Shown here piece after piece: positions 12,210 to 21,894 of a stretch of 49,285 bases of DNA. Origin of the DNA: Octopus bimaculoides (lineage: Eukaryota); NCBI RefSeq assembly GCF_001194135.2, contig NC_068991.1, forward strand, positions 24,387,810 through 24,437,094, in the 5' to 3' direction. Positions within the stretch are counted from its first letter, which is position 1, and every line of letters starts with the position of its first letter. The notes under the pieces were generated by a model, which ran no database searches, was not told the origin of the DNA, and saw only the letters and a list, made by a program, of their open reading frames with translations. The position numbers were made by a program, and so were the translations under genes.

Positions 12210-13295
12210 CATAAACTTCCTCCACCTCCTCCTCCTCTTCGACTTTTGAAAACTGTACAGAACTCGTGATGCTCTCCCACTACCATTCATTCCATAAAAA
12301 AAAGCCAAAGCTCGAGGTCAAATGACACGATTGAGGAGATTGCGTGACTTGGATGTGACTTCGAATCCTGGGACGGTACCCCACTGCGAATTCGAGTACC
12401 TGACAAGTGCCCCGGATGCCAGAACAGGAACTACATTCGACTTCTGCACTGCAATGCAATGCACAACGAAATTATCCTGTCCTCCGGCTGCTTATGATGG
12501 TAAGCTTAGTTACTAACCATAGTACTTACTTACAACTAAGTATAATAGAAAGTTAAGTGCCGCAAGTTGAATACGAATCCTAAATCTGTTTGATGTGTCT
12601 GTTGACACCCTATATTCTCGTCCAGATGAGGCTGACTTTCCATAACTACTTAACCTATAACGAAATAACTTCCACAGAAATTGACATTAAACGCATACTA
12701 TATTATATTCCCATTGTTCTATAAACGGCCGCTGTTTTTGCAGATAATCACTCGATTTGGTCTATGTCTTTTAATTTGCTTTTTTCAAGTATCATTTAGC
12801 ATACACTTGTTTTTCTTTGGTTTCGTGTCTTTTACTATCCGTTTTGTTTTTACCTTGTTTTTTTTTTTTTTGTTAGTTCTTCTTGTTTTCTTTTTTGTTG
12901 TTTCTTTCATATCTTCTTTGTGTAATTAATAGTTTTGTGATGTGGGTGAAATTTCTGCTTAATTCATGAACAATATCATCGTTGGTTACAGGATTTCAAT
13001 GACCAATCAACTGGTTCAGTGCATTTCTAACAGGAAGAGTGTGAAGGAAATGTCTCTAACCTCTTTAGTAAGAGCGCTGATTTTTCGGTTTACTTATTTG
13101 TTTACATTTTCCACCTCCATATATATGAAAGTGTTTGTGAGTGTGTGTGCATTTGTGTCTGCGGCGATCTTTCGTATTATGCACATATTAATAGCGAACA
13201 ACAAAACGAATAGAAAACGATTACGAAACCATTACACGGAAACAGCTTTCTTATAATAGTTAGGTGAATAAGAAAACAAGTGTCAAGATCAATTG

Positions 13296-14135
13296 GGATC
13301 TTTTTGGTTTGACGGGCAACACTTGTTTTCTTGACGAAACGCTTTCAAATTTGGGATACTGGTAGAATGTGTCATATAAAACATCTTTTTCTCTTAGCCT
13401 TCTTAACAAAAATTAGTTCTTAATAAGTTATTTCGTGTTAAAGTTGTCGTATTTGTGTAATTTCAACCAACCACTGACGTCTATTCAGCTGAATACAGTT
13501 AGTGCTGTGGAATGTAAACAACGGTGTCATGGGATCTTTTCCCTTGAATAAAATTAGTGCCGTTGTTTGTCAACAACAACTATCGGCGGTAGTTATTTAT
13601 AACATCGTTCGTGCGTTTGGGTTAGGGTTCGGGTTTTAGAGTTAGGGTTAGGGTTTTAAGGTTAGGGTTAGGGTTAGGGTTATGGTTATGAGTTATAGGG
13701 TTTTAGGGTTAGGGTTATGAGNNNNNNNNNNNNNNNNNNNNNNNNNNNNNNNNNNNNNNNNNNNNNNNNNNNNNNNNNNNNNNNNNNNNNNNNNNNNNNN
13801 NNNNNNNNNNNNNNNNNNNNNNNNNNNNNNNNNNNNNNNNNNNNNNNNNNNNNNNNNNNNNNNNNNNNNNNNNNNNNNNNNNNNNNNNNNNNNNNNNNNN
13901 NNNNNNNNNNNNNNNNNNNNNNNNNNNNNNNNNNNNNNNNNNNNNNNNNNNNNNNNNNNNNNNNNAAATTACCGAAATACGACAACTTTTTACATGAAAT
14001 AACTTCGAATACAAAATTTTTTATCTGTTCTATAATACAAAATATACAAGCATACGAAGTTTGAAAGTGTTTCGGTACCAAAAACACTACATAAAACATT
14101 AATGAAAAATGTTGCCCGTCAAACCAAAAAGATCC
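13296..14135. mobile_element. Non-autonomous foldback/MITE-like DNA element with long TIRs and an internal telomere-like array
   Basis: Perfect 25-bp terminal IR GGATCTTTTTGGTTTGACGGGCAAC (13296-13320 / 14111-14135). The IR continues imperfectly to about 170 bp (AGTTGTCGTATTTGTGTAATTT / AAATTACCGAAATACGACAACT). Flanks ATCAATTG / ATCAATTA (7/8) resemble a TSD. Confidence 0.82.
13619..13721 (+). repeat. Degenerate (TTAGGG)n interstitial telomere-like array, continuing into a gap
   Basis: GGGTTAGGGTT units mixed with variants such as GGGTTTTAG and GGTTATG. Confidence 0.93.
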
Positions 14136-14169
14136 ATCAATTAGTAAATGAATGCTAGTTAGCTAGATT

Positions 14170-14477
14170 TTTATTTATGCGCCCTTTTAAAGCCTAGCCA
14201 GGCTCGTGGGCCCGGTTTCCCGGTTTCTATGGCGTATGTGTTCCCACCAACTAGACGGGACGCCAGTCCATCGCAGCGTTACTCAAGAAACAGGAAGAAA
14301 GAGTGAGAGAAAGTTGGGGCGAAAGAGTACAACAGGGGTCGCCCCTACCTCCTGCCGGAGCCTCGTGGAGATTTAGGTGTTTTCGCTCAATAAACACACA
14401 CAACAGTCTGGGAATCGAAACCGCGATGCTCCGACCGCCAGTCCGCTGCCCTAACCACTGGGCCATTGCGCCTCCAC
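14170..14477 (-). mobile_element. Full-length tRNA-derived SINE
   Basis: Head GTGGAGGCGCAATGGCCCAGTGGTTAGGGCAGCGG...GGTTTCGATTCCC (A and B boxes). A-rich tail. 13-bp TSD AGTTAGCTAGATT (14157-14169 / 14478-14490). Confidence 0.9.
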
Positions 14478-15525
14478 AGTTAGCTAGATTACTTGTAACT
14501 AGCACAACAGGAAATATGACAGGGGTAGAACAAGAAGAGAACAAAGAAATTGACGAAAATGAGTGAGAAAAACAAGAACGGGGGAAATAATTTACTTAAA
14601 ACCTTTATCTTTTTTATTTTGTTCCAAGAAGCTGCACACCACTATTAACCCATCCCACATATCTTTTCTTTCATTTATACACGTGCACGTGTATGTGTAT
14701 ACATATGTGTGCACGTGTATAAATATATAATGCACGCGTGTGTGTGGATGTATTCACGCCTAACCCTTTGACCGGTTAGTGGCTATCCAACCGTAGCTAA
14801 GCGTAGATAGTTTAAAACAATAGATGTCCAGTTAGATGAGAGGACTTAGCAGTAAAAATTACCCCTCCCCAAATACTAGCATGATTCTAAATACCCACTA
14901 CTAGCAGGACCCCCATCTTCTCCATATGAAAAAATAACGGAGTACCTCATCACAATTTTAAAAAGTTGACATATTATCCACTATTGTTATTGTTATTATT
15001 GTTATTATTATATCAACAATTCCTCAAGAAATCATTTCTACATAGACCCCTCCACCACATACAGAACTGTTAGCATATAAACAGCTTTCCAAACGCAACG
15101 AAAAACGCTCATACCAGGGATCATGTATGTATGGGAGTGTTTATATATACATATATGTATGTATGTATGTCTATGTATGTATGTATGTATGTGTAGAGGA
15201 ATATATATATATGTGTCTGTCCCCCTCACATATGGTAGCAGTGACTGTTGACTATTTTGGTATGCATGTACAGCCATCTGTGTATGTGCATCTGAGCACC
15301 CATATATGTACTCATGTGTTTATGTTTTTGTATCCATGTATATCTGTATATGGTAATGTATACATGCATATGCATGTATATATGTGTTTTTATGACTCTA
15401 TATGATTTTTATATACTTTCTGTATGTTTTTATATGCCTTATACTTTTATATTTTTATTTTTTATTTCTTATTGTTATTTTATATTTGCATGTAAATTTT
15501 TCAAAATTCATGAATTGAATTTTGT

Positions 15526-15661
15526 AAATCTCTGAAGAAGCCCAGTGAATCATGCATGTACCCCCATTACATCATTTTCATCTACTAATTACTCCAGCGT
15601 ACTGGAGTTACATAGATAGAATGGAGCATGCCAACACTAGGCCGAAACAGCTGTAAGATTT
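15526..15661 (+). ncRNA. Type-I hammerhead ribozyme (Penelope-like pattern) with a ~100-nt stem II extension, slightly mutated
   Basis: AAATCT-CTGAAGA-AGCCCAGTG...CACTAGGCC-GAAA-CAGCTG-TA^AGATTT. Stem I has 6 bp, both core boxes are intact, stem III is the palindrome CAGCTG, and the triplet is GUA. There is an A.C mismatch at the stem II base pair and one C.A mismatch. Confidence 0.72.
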
Positions 15662-16080
15662 TGTCCCTTACATTGCTAGATGTCCATTAAATTTGAAATC
15701 TTAATTTTTGATATAACATGGTATGTCATAGGTGTCTGTATATTGTCTTTTTTGTCATTTTGATTATAAAATAAACAGATTAATCAACGGAATATTGTGT
15801 CTGCAAGTTGTTGAGTACCTCATATTCCCCTCCATTTTCTTATTGCTATACATATATNNNNNNNNNNNNNNNNNNNNNNNNNNNNNNNNNNNNNNNNNNN
15901 NNNNNNNNNNNNNNNNNNNNNNNNNNNNNNNNNNNNNNNNNNNNNNNNNNNNNNNNNNNNNNNNNNNNNNNNNNNNNNNNNNNNNNNNNNNNNNNNNNNN
16001 NNNNNNNNNNNNNNNNNNNNNNNNNNGTGTCCAGTTTGTTTTGCCAAGGGAAGTTATCCCTCTCATCGTGATCTGTAGCA

Positions 16081-16125
16081 CGAACGGACCCGGGTTTCAG
16101 GGTTATTTCCCTTCGTCAGCGTCCG
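16081..16125 (-). ncRNA. Minimal type-I hammerhead ribozyme, downstream copy; predicted cleavage between 16087 and 16086
   Basis: Minus strand: CGGACG-CTGACGA-AGGG-AAATAA-CCCT-GAAA-CCCGGG-TC^CGTTCG. Stem I 6 bp, CUGANGA box, 4-bp stem II, GAAA box, palindromic stem III, GUC triplet. Confidence 0.9.
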
Positions 16126-16431
16126 ATAGCCACTGATCTTTGATGAGAGAGATAAATTCTTGGCAATCTGATGTATACTTTTCCAGTGAAATTCTTCGCT
16201 GATATCGAAAAGGTGAAAACAAGCAATGTTAATTCTCTAAATGAAGTATTAACAGTAACTGCACGATAAAGTGAAGTATATTGCCACTTAAGTGTGGCTG
16301 ACCCCTAGGGGTGGATGTTACTGTTGCTTTTAGCCCCAGGAGGACATCTCCTCCAGCTGGCTTATCGACACACTACTGTGTCCTGTTTGTTTTGCCAAGG
16401 GAAGTTATCCCTCTCATCGTGATCTGTAGCA

Positions 16432-16476
16432 CGAACGGACCCGGGTTTCAGGGTTATTTCCCTTCGTCAGCGTCCG
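16432..16476 (-). ncRNA. Minimal type-I hammerhead ribozyme, upstream copy; predicted cleavage between 16438 and 16437
   Basis: Identical sequence to 16081-16125. Confidence 0.9.
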
Positions 16477-16545
16477 ATAGCCACTGATCTTTGATGAGAG
16501 AGATAACCATAATTCAGAAATAAAGAACACACACACACACACACA

Positions 16546-16581
<36 letters not shown>

Positions 16582-16969
16582 CTTTATTTCTTAAATATGT
16601 TTAGCATTGATTTCATGTTAAGAAGAGAGGGAAAATATCCAAGTATCTTAATTATTTTTCAAGCTGATCACATGCAGAAAGGTTTTCACCTCCATTTTGG
16701 AAAACAATCTCATTTTGTTCACGGGATTACTCGTAAATTCTCATAAATGAAACAATGAATCAGAGGGACACTACTCTAGAATGCATTTTTCAGAGTTTAT
16801 CTCCCTTGGATTCGTCTCTTCGATAAATTTCTTAATTTTTTTGTATTATTTGTATCAACTTGTTCTGAGCATAGTGTTTTGTACTAGTATATTGAAGCTT
16901 GTTTCTTCTTTGTGTAGAGTTTGTGACATTTCTAGAGTATAGACGTCTAGTGTGCGCATCAGATTTTTG

Positions 16970-17400
16970 TTTTCACCGAACGTATCGAACATTACACCAA
17001 GTTTTGCCAAAAGCTTGGTGATACTCAAGCTCAAACCATCCAAAAGATTCAGCTGGCTTTTGGTCATGATGTTATAGTCAAAACTCAAATCAAGGAGGGT
17101 ACAACCGCTTCAAACATGGCAGCACCTTAGTGGAGAACCAGGCAGATTCAGGCAGGTTATCCACAAGCTGAAACGAGGAGTCAACCGAGAAGGTCCAGCG
17201 AATAGTCATGGAAGACTGTTGTGAAACAGTCTAGAAAATGGCTCATGAAGTGGGACTAAGCACAGAATCAGTGCATTCCATTTTAGCCGAGGATTTGTAC
17301 ATGCGAAGTGTGTCGGCGAAATTCGTCCCCAAGGGGCTGGCGGATCGGAAATCACCTAGGACATACTAGACTGTGCAAACTACGACCCAGACTTCATAAG
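16970..17400 (+). mobile_element. Mariner transposase remnant (N-terminal HTH region)
   Basis: KFCQKLGDTQAQTIQKIQLAFGHDVIVKTQIKE, a frameshift, then YNRFKHG...SGR, and MAHEVGLSTESVHSILAEDLYMRSVSAKFVP (the WVPHEL-equivalent linker). Confidence 0.8.
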
Positions 17401-17429
17401 GTGTATACATACACACACTCATATACGCG

Positions 17430-17535
17430 TACAGGCATGGATAGGCACCCTGCACAAGTGTCTTCTATTATAACCTAAGGCCGACCAAGGCCTTGTGAAT
17501 ACATTTGGGAGACAGAAACAGAAAGAAGATCACGG

Positions 17536-17566
<31 letters not shown>

Positions 17567-17745
17567 GCACGTATACAAACGCAAGCATGTTTGTATGATT
17601 AAGAAGTTTGCTGCCCAACTGTGTTGTGTTCAGTCCCACTACACGCTACCTTTGGCAAATATCTCTCAATATAGCCCCGAGCCGACCAAAGCTTTGTCAA
17701 TGAATTTGGTTGATGGAAACTGATAGGAGCCCGCTGCGCGCGCGT
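17430..17745 (+). mobile_element. Two degraded CORE-like tRNA-SINE fragments separated by (TATG)n
   Basis: CAAGTGTCTTCTATTATAACC...GCCGACCAAGGCCTTGTGAA and CCCACTAC...GGCAAATATCTC...GCCGACCAAAGC. Same family as the copies at 21061 and 35290. Confidence 0.7.
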
Positions 17746-18197
17746 GTGTCTGTCTGTCTGTTTGTCTGTGTTAAATAGGCTTGACAAGGTTCGACCAGCA
17801 GTATTCACGACCCGTTTTCAGAGTCTCTCAGACCGGTCGTTGAATAGGGTGGAAGTTATCCTTAGTTCGAATGCTTGCAATAAACTGGACTCTGTTAAAG
17901 CCCATACTCTCCAAGGGCCAGGTGGAGGTGTTAAACTGGGGAAGAGGACGGTTTATGTCTTCTACCCAAAAACAGGAATGGTTCCTCCGACTTGTTTCTA
18001 CAGTCTCCGTCTACCGTTATTTTTATTTTTTATTTATTAATTTTTTTTTTTTTTTGTTCACAAGTCTTTGGTTAACCCGAAACTAAAGTAAAAGTTATTT
18101 GTCTAGGTACCGTGGTATGAAATTGCATCCGATACCACACAGCAGGAGAGTGAACTTCTTAAGCACATGCCTGCACCCAATAAAACCTTCGGATCAA

Positions 18198-18243
18198 ACA
18201 CTGATTACAGCTGTTCGAGCTGAGCATGAGTCTCATCAGTGTG
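18198..18243 (-). ncRNA. Degenerate minimal hammerhead relic
   Basis: Minus strand: ACA-CTGATGA-GACT-CATGCTC-AGCTC-GAA-CAGCTG-TA-ATCAGTGT. The GAAA box lacks one A, stem II lacks one G, and stem I is disrupted. Confidence 0.45.
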
Positions 18244-18612
18244 GGAGAGAAACTTGTTAAGTTATGACAATCGCTTCCCCAACCTTTCTATCTCTTGAGT
18301 AACGTTTTGAAAAACAATATTGTTATTCGAGAACTTAAAACCAAGAAAAATTTATTAATCATNNNNNNNNNNTTATTCGAGAACTTAAAACCAAGAAAAA
18401 TTTATTAATCATTGGTTAAAAGAGTTACGAATTTTTGCATAGTCTAGGAGAGATAACTCCATATTTACAACTGCAAATTCTAGATAGCATTTTTTCTTTT
18501 TTTTAATTTTTTTGCCTTGTTATTAACTAAAGTTCTTATTGCGAGATGAAACCGCAAATGTATTAAAATGCCTCGAGTTGTTTGTACAGCGCGCGTGTGC
18601 ATGTACACACAC

Positions 18613-18644
<32 letters not shown>

Positions 18645-18859
18645 GGATGGATGGATGGTTGGTTGGTTGGTTGGATCGATCGATGGGCGGGCATAGTCAC
18701 GATTTCGACTAAGGGATGTCTCACTTATCAAAATAAATAACTGCTATATAAGCAAATTCTCTTGCCAGGAGGTCACCGCGCCCATTTTTTCCGCATATCA
18801 AGGGCACAGAAGGAATCTATTTACATTGTTACACTATATTAATTTATACAATCGGGATC

Positions 18860-20250
18860 TTTTCTGTCTGGCTGCGCAAGTTATAGGGGTTTAAAGTTTG
18901 ATCATTTTTATCCAGTCAAAAAACAGGATTTGGGAACTGTCATTTTGTGCGTCATTGCATTGCGACGATAGCACCTTCACTTTCTTTTCCAAGCGGGACT
19001 TAGGAAAAGTCGATGACGTCTTGACCAGAGGAAAGTGTCTTATCTCAATCCTTTCAGCTTCGTTCGCCATAACCACTCTTGTGGGCGGTGTTTCTTTTAT
19101 TCTTTTTTGCTGTTGCTGTTACCACTTTTGTTGTTGGTGGTGGTGGTGCTGCTGCTGCTTCTAATCTTGTAGCTGGTAGTGCAGTCACTGTTGCTGCTGT
19201 TTGTGTTGAAATTGTAGCGTTTGCAGTTAGGTTGTCTTCGTTCAGCTGTCATTTTCAGTTGTCTGGCGGAGAAGTCCTTGAGGCGATTAATATTTCCCAC
19301 AGTTGTAACATCGAGGCCTTCTATCCGCCACGACCACCTGCAGTCGCTGCTCTCCTACGATCTCTATTAGGTCGAAGATTTTTGTCTCGTGTCTCAGGCC
19401 TCACCTGAATCAAACTTTCCAACCCCTTTCTAAACCAATTCTTTCCAGCTAAAAGTGCAGTTCTGATAGTTATATTTGAGAATTTTACTTGAATTAATTT
19501 CCGTTTCAGGTAAATCGGTATGAGTGCGACATCTTCAGTTTTCTGTGGGACGGTGGAGTGCCTGTGACATCGATGAAAAATAAACTGATGCATCCGAATT
19601 TATGGGCATGTCTCACAAGACTTATGCCTTGACATATGTTCCTTAAACAATTCAGTTTCGTCTGAAAGGGAAACACTCTAATTTGTCCTTTCGTTGATAG
19701 GCATCTATACAGAATCTTTTTTTTTTTTTTTTTTTCCTTTTTGATTTTAAAAGTTCTCTGGTATATCGAGCAAAGCTTTTCTTTTCAAGTCTATTAATGT
19801 ATCTCTGCTTCTTAAACGTTCATGTATATTATTTAATGGGATATCGAACGCATCTGTGATCTTTACAAAAGAAATACATTTTCTTTTTGAAGTTTCACTT
19901 CTGCTGCTGATGTTAGCATCATCGTTCCTGCTACCAATATTTTTCTTACAGACCGTGGGGTGGTGGTAATGCAAGATTTGCGAGTGATTTTGTGAGCTTC
20001 TTTTGCCGTATTGTTCTTGCTGTGTTGCTATAGTTGTTACTGTTGTTGTTGCTACAATTTTTAATTATTACGTCTGTAGTATTGTGATAGAAGTTGACTG
20101 CGGAAAACGGTTTTACCTTCAAAAACCTCATCCCGCCATGCTCTCTTGCCATTTTGAAATTCTACATTTGCTTTTAAAATATTGCCACGTACCAAAGGCG
20201 GTTGGTCACTCTCTTGCAATTTTGATCAACTAAGAAACAAGGTAGAACAA
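18860..20250 (-). pseudogene. Unclassified degraded ORF, possibly a retroelement ORF1-like region
   Basis: Chain of short minus-strand ORFs with protein-like composition and a Thr/Ala-rich linker. GC is higher than in the flanks. No diagnostic motif recognised. Confidence 0.3.
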
Positions 20251-21060
20251 TGAAATCAACGAAAACCGGCTTCTCAAAAAGGGGAAACAAGGCACAAACT
20301 CATATAGCATTCAAAACGCGTTCAGTTTCAGCGACGAATAATATAAGTTTGGTACAAGGCCAGCAATTGAGGGGAGGGAAAGTTGATTACCTCAATCACA
20401 ATGCTTGACTGGAGATTTATCAGCTGCGAGATGGCGTAAGACAAAGTCGATCTTGGCAAAATTTGAATTTAGAACGTAACAACCAGAAATTCCATTAAGC
20501 ATTTCATCTGACGTGCTAACGATTCTGGCAGCTCACCACCTTAATAATCATTTCTGCTATAGGTACAAGGCCTGAAATTTTGTAGAGGATGGGCTAGCTG
20601 ATTACATCGCCTCCAATGCTCAACTAATACTTATTTTATCGACCCCAAAAAGATGACCTTGGCGAAATTTGAATAATGAGCATAAAGGATCTATGCAGCC
20701 TGCACTGGACTTTTGCTTTTTTTCTAGCAAATTAAGCCAATGAGAAATTGTTTCTTGTATAGGTAAGATATTCAATATCAATGGTCATATTGCATGCAAA
20801 ATATTTCTATAAGCATTCTATGATTCTCAAGCTAAAATGAATTGGCATATAAAATAAAATGTTACGAAAATAGATACAATGCAACGCTCGAAATAGATCT
20901 GAACTGATAAATCACTGAGTTCACCAGTTCAGATGAACTCAATAATTAGAAGTAACGTACGGTGGTCTTACTCATGCACTCTTCTTTTTCATGACAACTT
21001 AATAAGCGTACTATACGAGAGACATTTGTAAAATATGTATTTTAATATTTTATATTAATA

Positions 21061-21420
21061 GGCGCAGGTGTGGCTGTGTAGCTGATTTTGTTTCCCACCC
21101 ACATGATTTCGGATTTAGGCCCACTGCACTACACCTTGGGCGTCTTCTACTATAGCCCCAAGCCAACCGAAGTCTTGTGAGTGGATTCGGTAGACAGAAC
21201 CTGAAAGAATCTCGTGGTATGTGTGTGGTATATATCACTGTGTCTGTGTTTGTTCCCCACCATCGCTTGACAATTGTCTGGCTTGTTAACATCCTGTAAC
21301 TTAGCGATTTGGCAAAAAGAGACTTATAGAATAAATAGTACTGGAATTTTTAAAAAAAAGTACTGGGGTCGATCTGTTGGATCTAAACCCTTCAAAGCAA
21401 TGCCAATGCTTGAAACAAAA
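21061..21420 (+). mobile_element. Degraded CORE-like tRNA-SINE
   Basis: GGCGCAGGTGTGGCTGTG head, then CCCACTGCA...ACCTTGGGC..TCTTCTACTATAGCC core-like block and GTACTGGGGTCGAT 3' part. Confidence 0.72.
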
Positions 21421-21428
21421 GAATATGC

Positions 21429-21473
<45 letters not shown>

Positions 21474-21894
21474 TAAACTTAGGTATATCTTGGACAAACA
21501 TTGGCCCATGCCATTTCTACCTTAATAGCACCTCCTGTATTTGTATATTCATGTACTAAGTTCTATTTATTGTTCACCATTGACCACATTTCCAGCAATG
21601 GTCACCATTTACTGCATTCACTGTTATCTCCCATCTCTAACAGTCTATTACACTTCTCCCACACTGGCAAACCTGCCCACCTAGCTATCCTCAATTCTAT
21701 TTTCATCCACTTTCCTGTACCTTGAAGGTCTACTTTGACATCTCATCACCATCATCCTTTCTACTTTCTTGATGGGGTAGCCAAGTAACTCCTCTACAGT
21801 AAGACACTTGTTCCTGTCCCTCTATCATACTTTAGCATCTCAACACCTGACACGAAGCCTTCCCCCTCTCTACTACAACCCCACTCAATCGAGG

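Larger units (their letters stand above)
16027..16506 (-). mobile_element. Retrozyme-like tandem element: 351-bp unit with 129-bp direct repeats (16027-16155 and 16378-16506), each carrying a hammerhead
   Basis: The repeats are 128/129 identical at an offset of exactly 351. Each holds a complete hammerhead. The left repeat abuts a gap that may hide more units. Confidence 0.8.

Noticed and set aside
12619-12672. Possible hammerhead (CCAGATGAGG...CGAAATAAC)
   Set aside because: The core reads CAGATGA, and no stem II pairing next to GAAA or stem I could be built.
13619-13721. True chromosome end
   Set aside because: The array is degenerate, internal and enclosed by matching TIRs.
14405-14477. 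tRNA gene
   Set aside because: The A and B boxes belong to a SINE head continuous with a SINE body and TSD; no full cloverleaf.
16027-16506. CRISPR-like or LTR-retrotransposon interpretation of the direct repeats
   Set aside because: The context is eukaryotic, there are only two long repeats with no spacer array, and there are no TG...CA ends, PBS or PPT. The hammerhead explains the repeats better.
19495-19545. Minus-strand CTGAAGA...GAAAC
   Set aside because: No stem II closes next to GAAA and there is no stem III or UH site.
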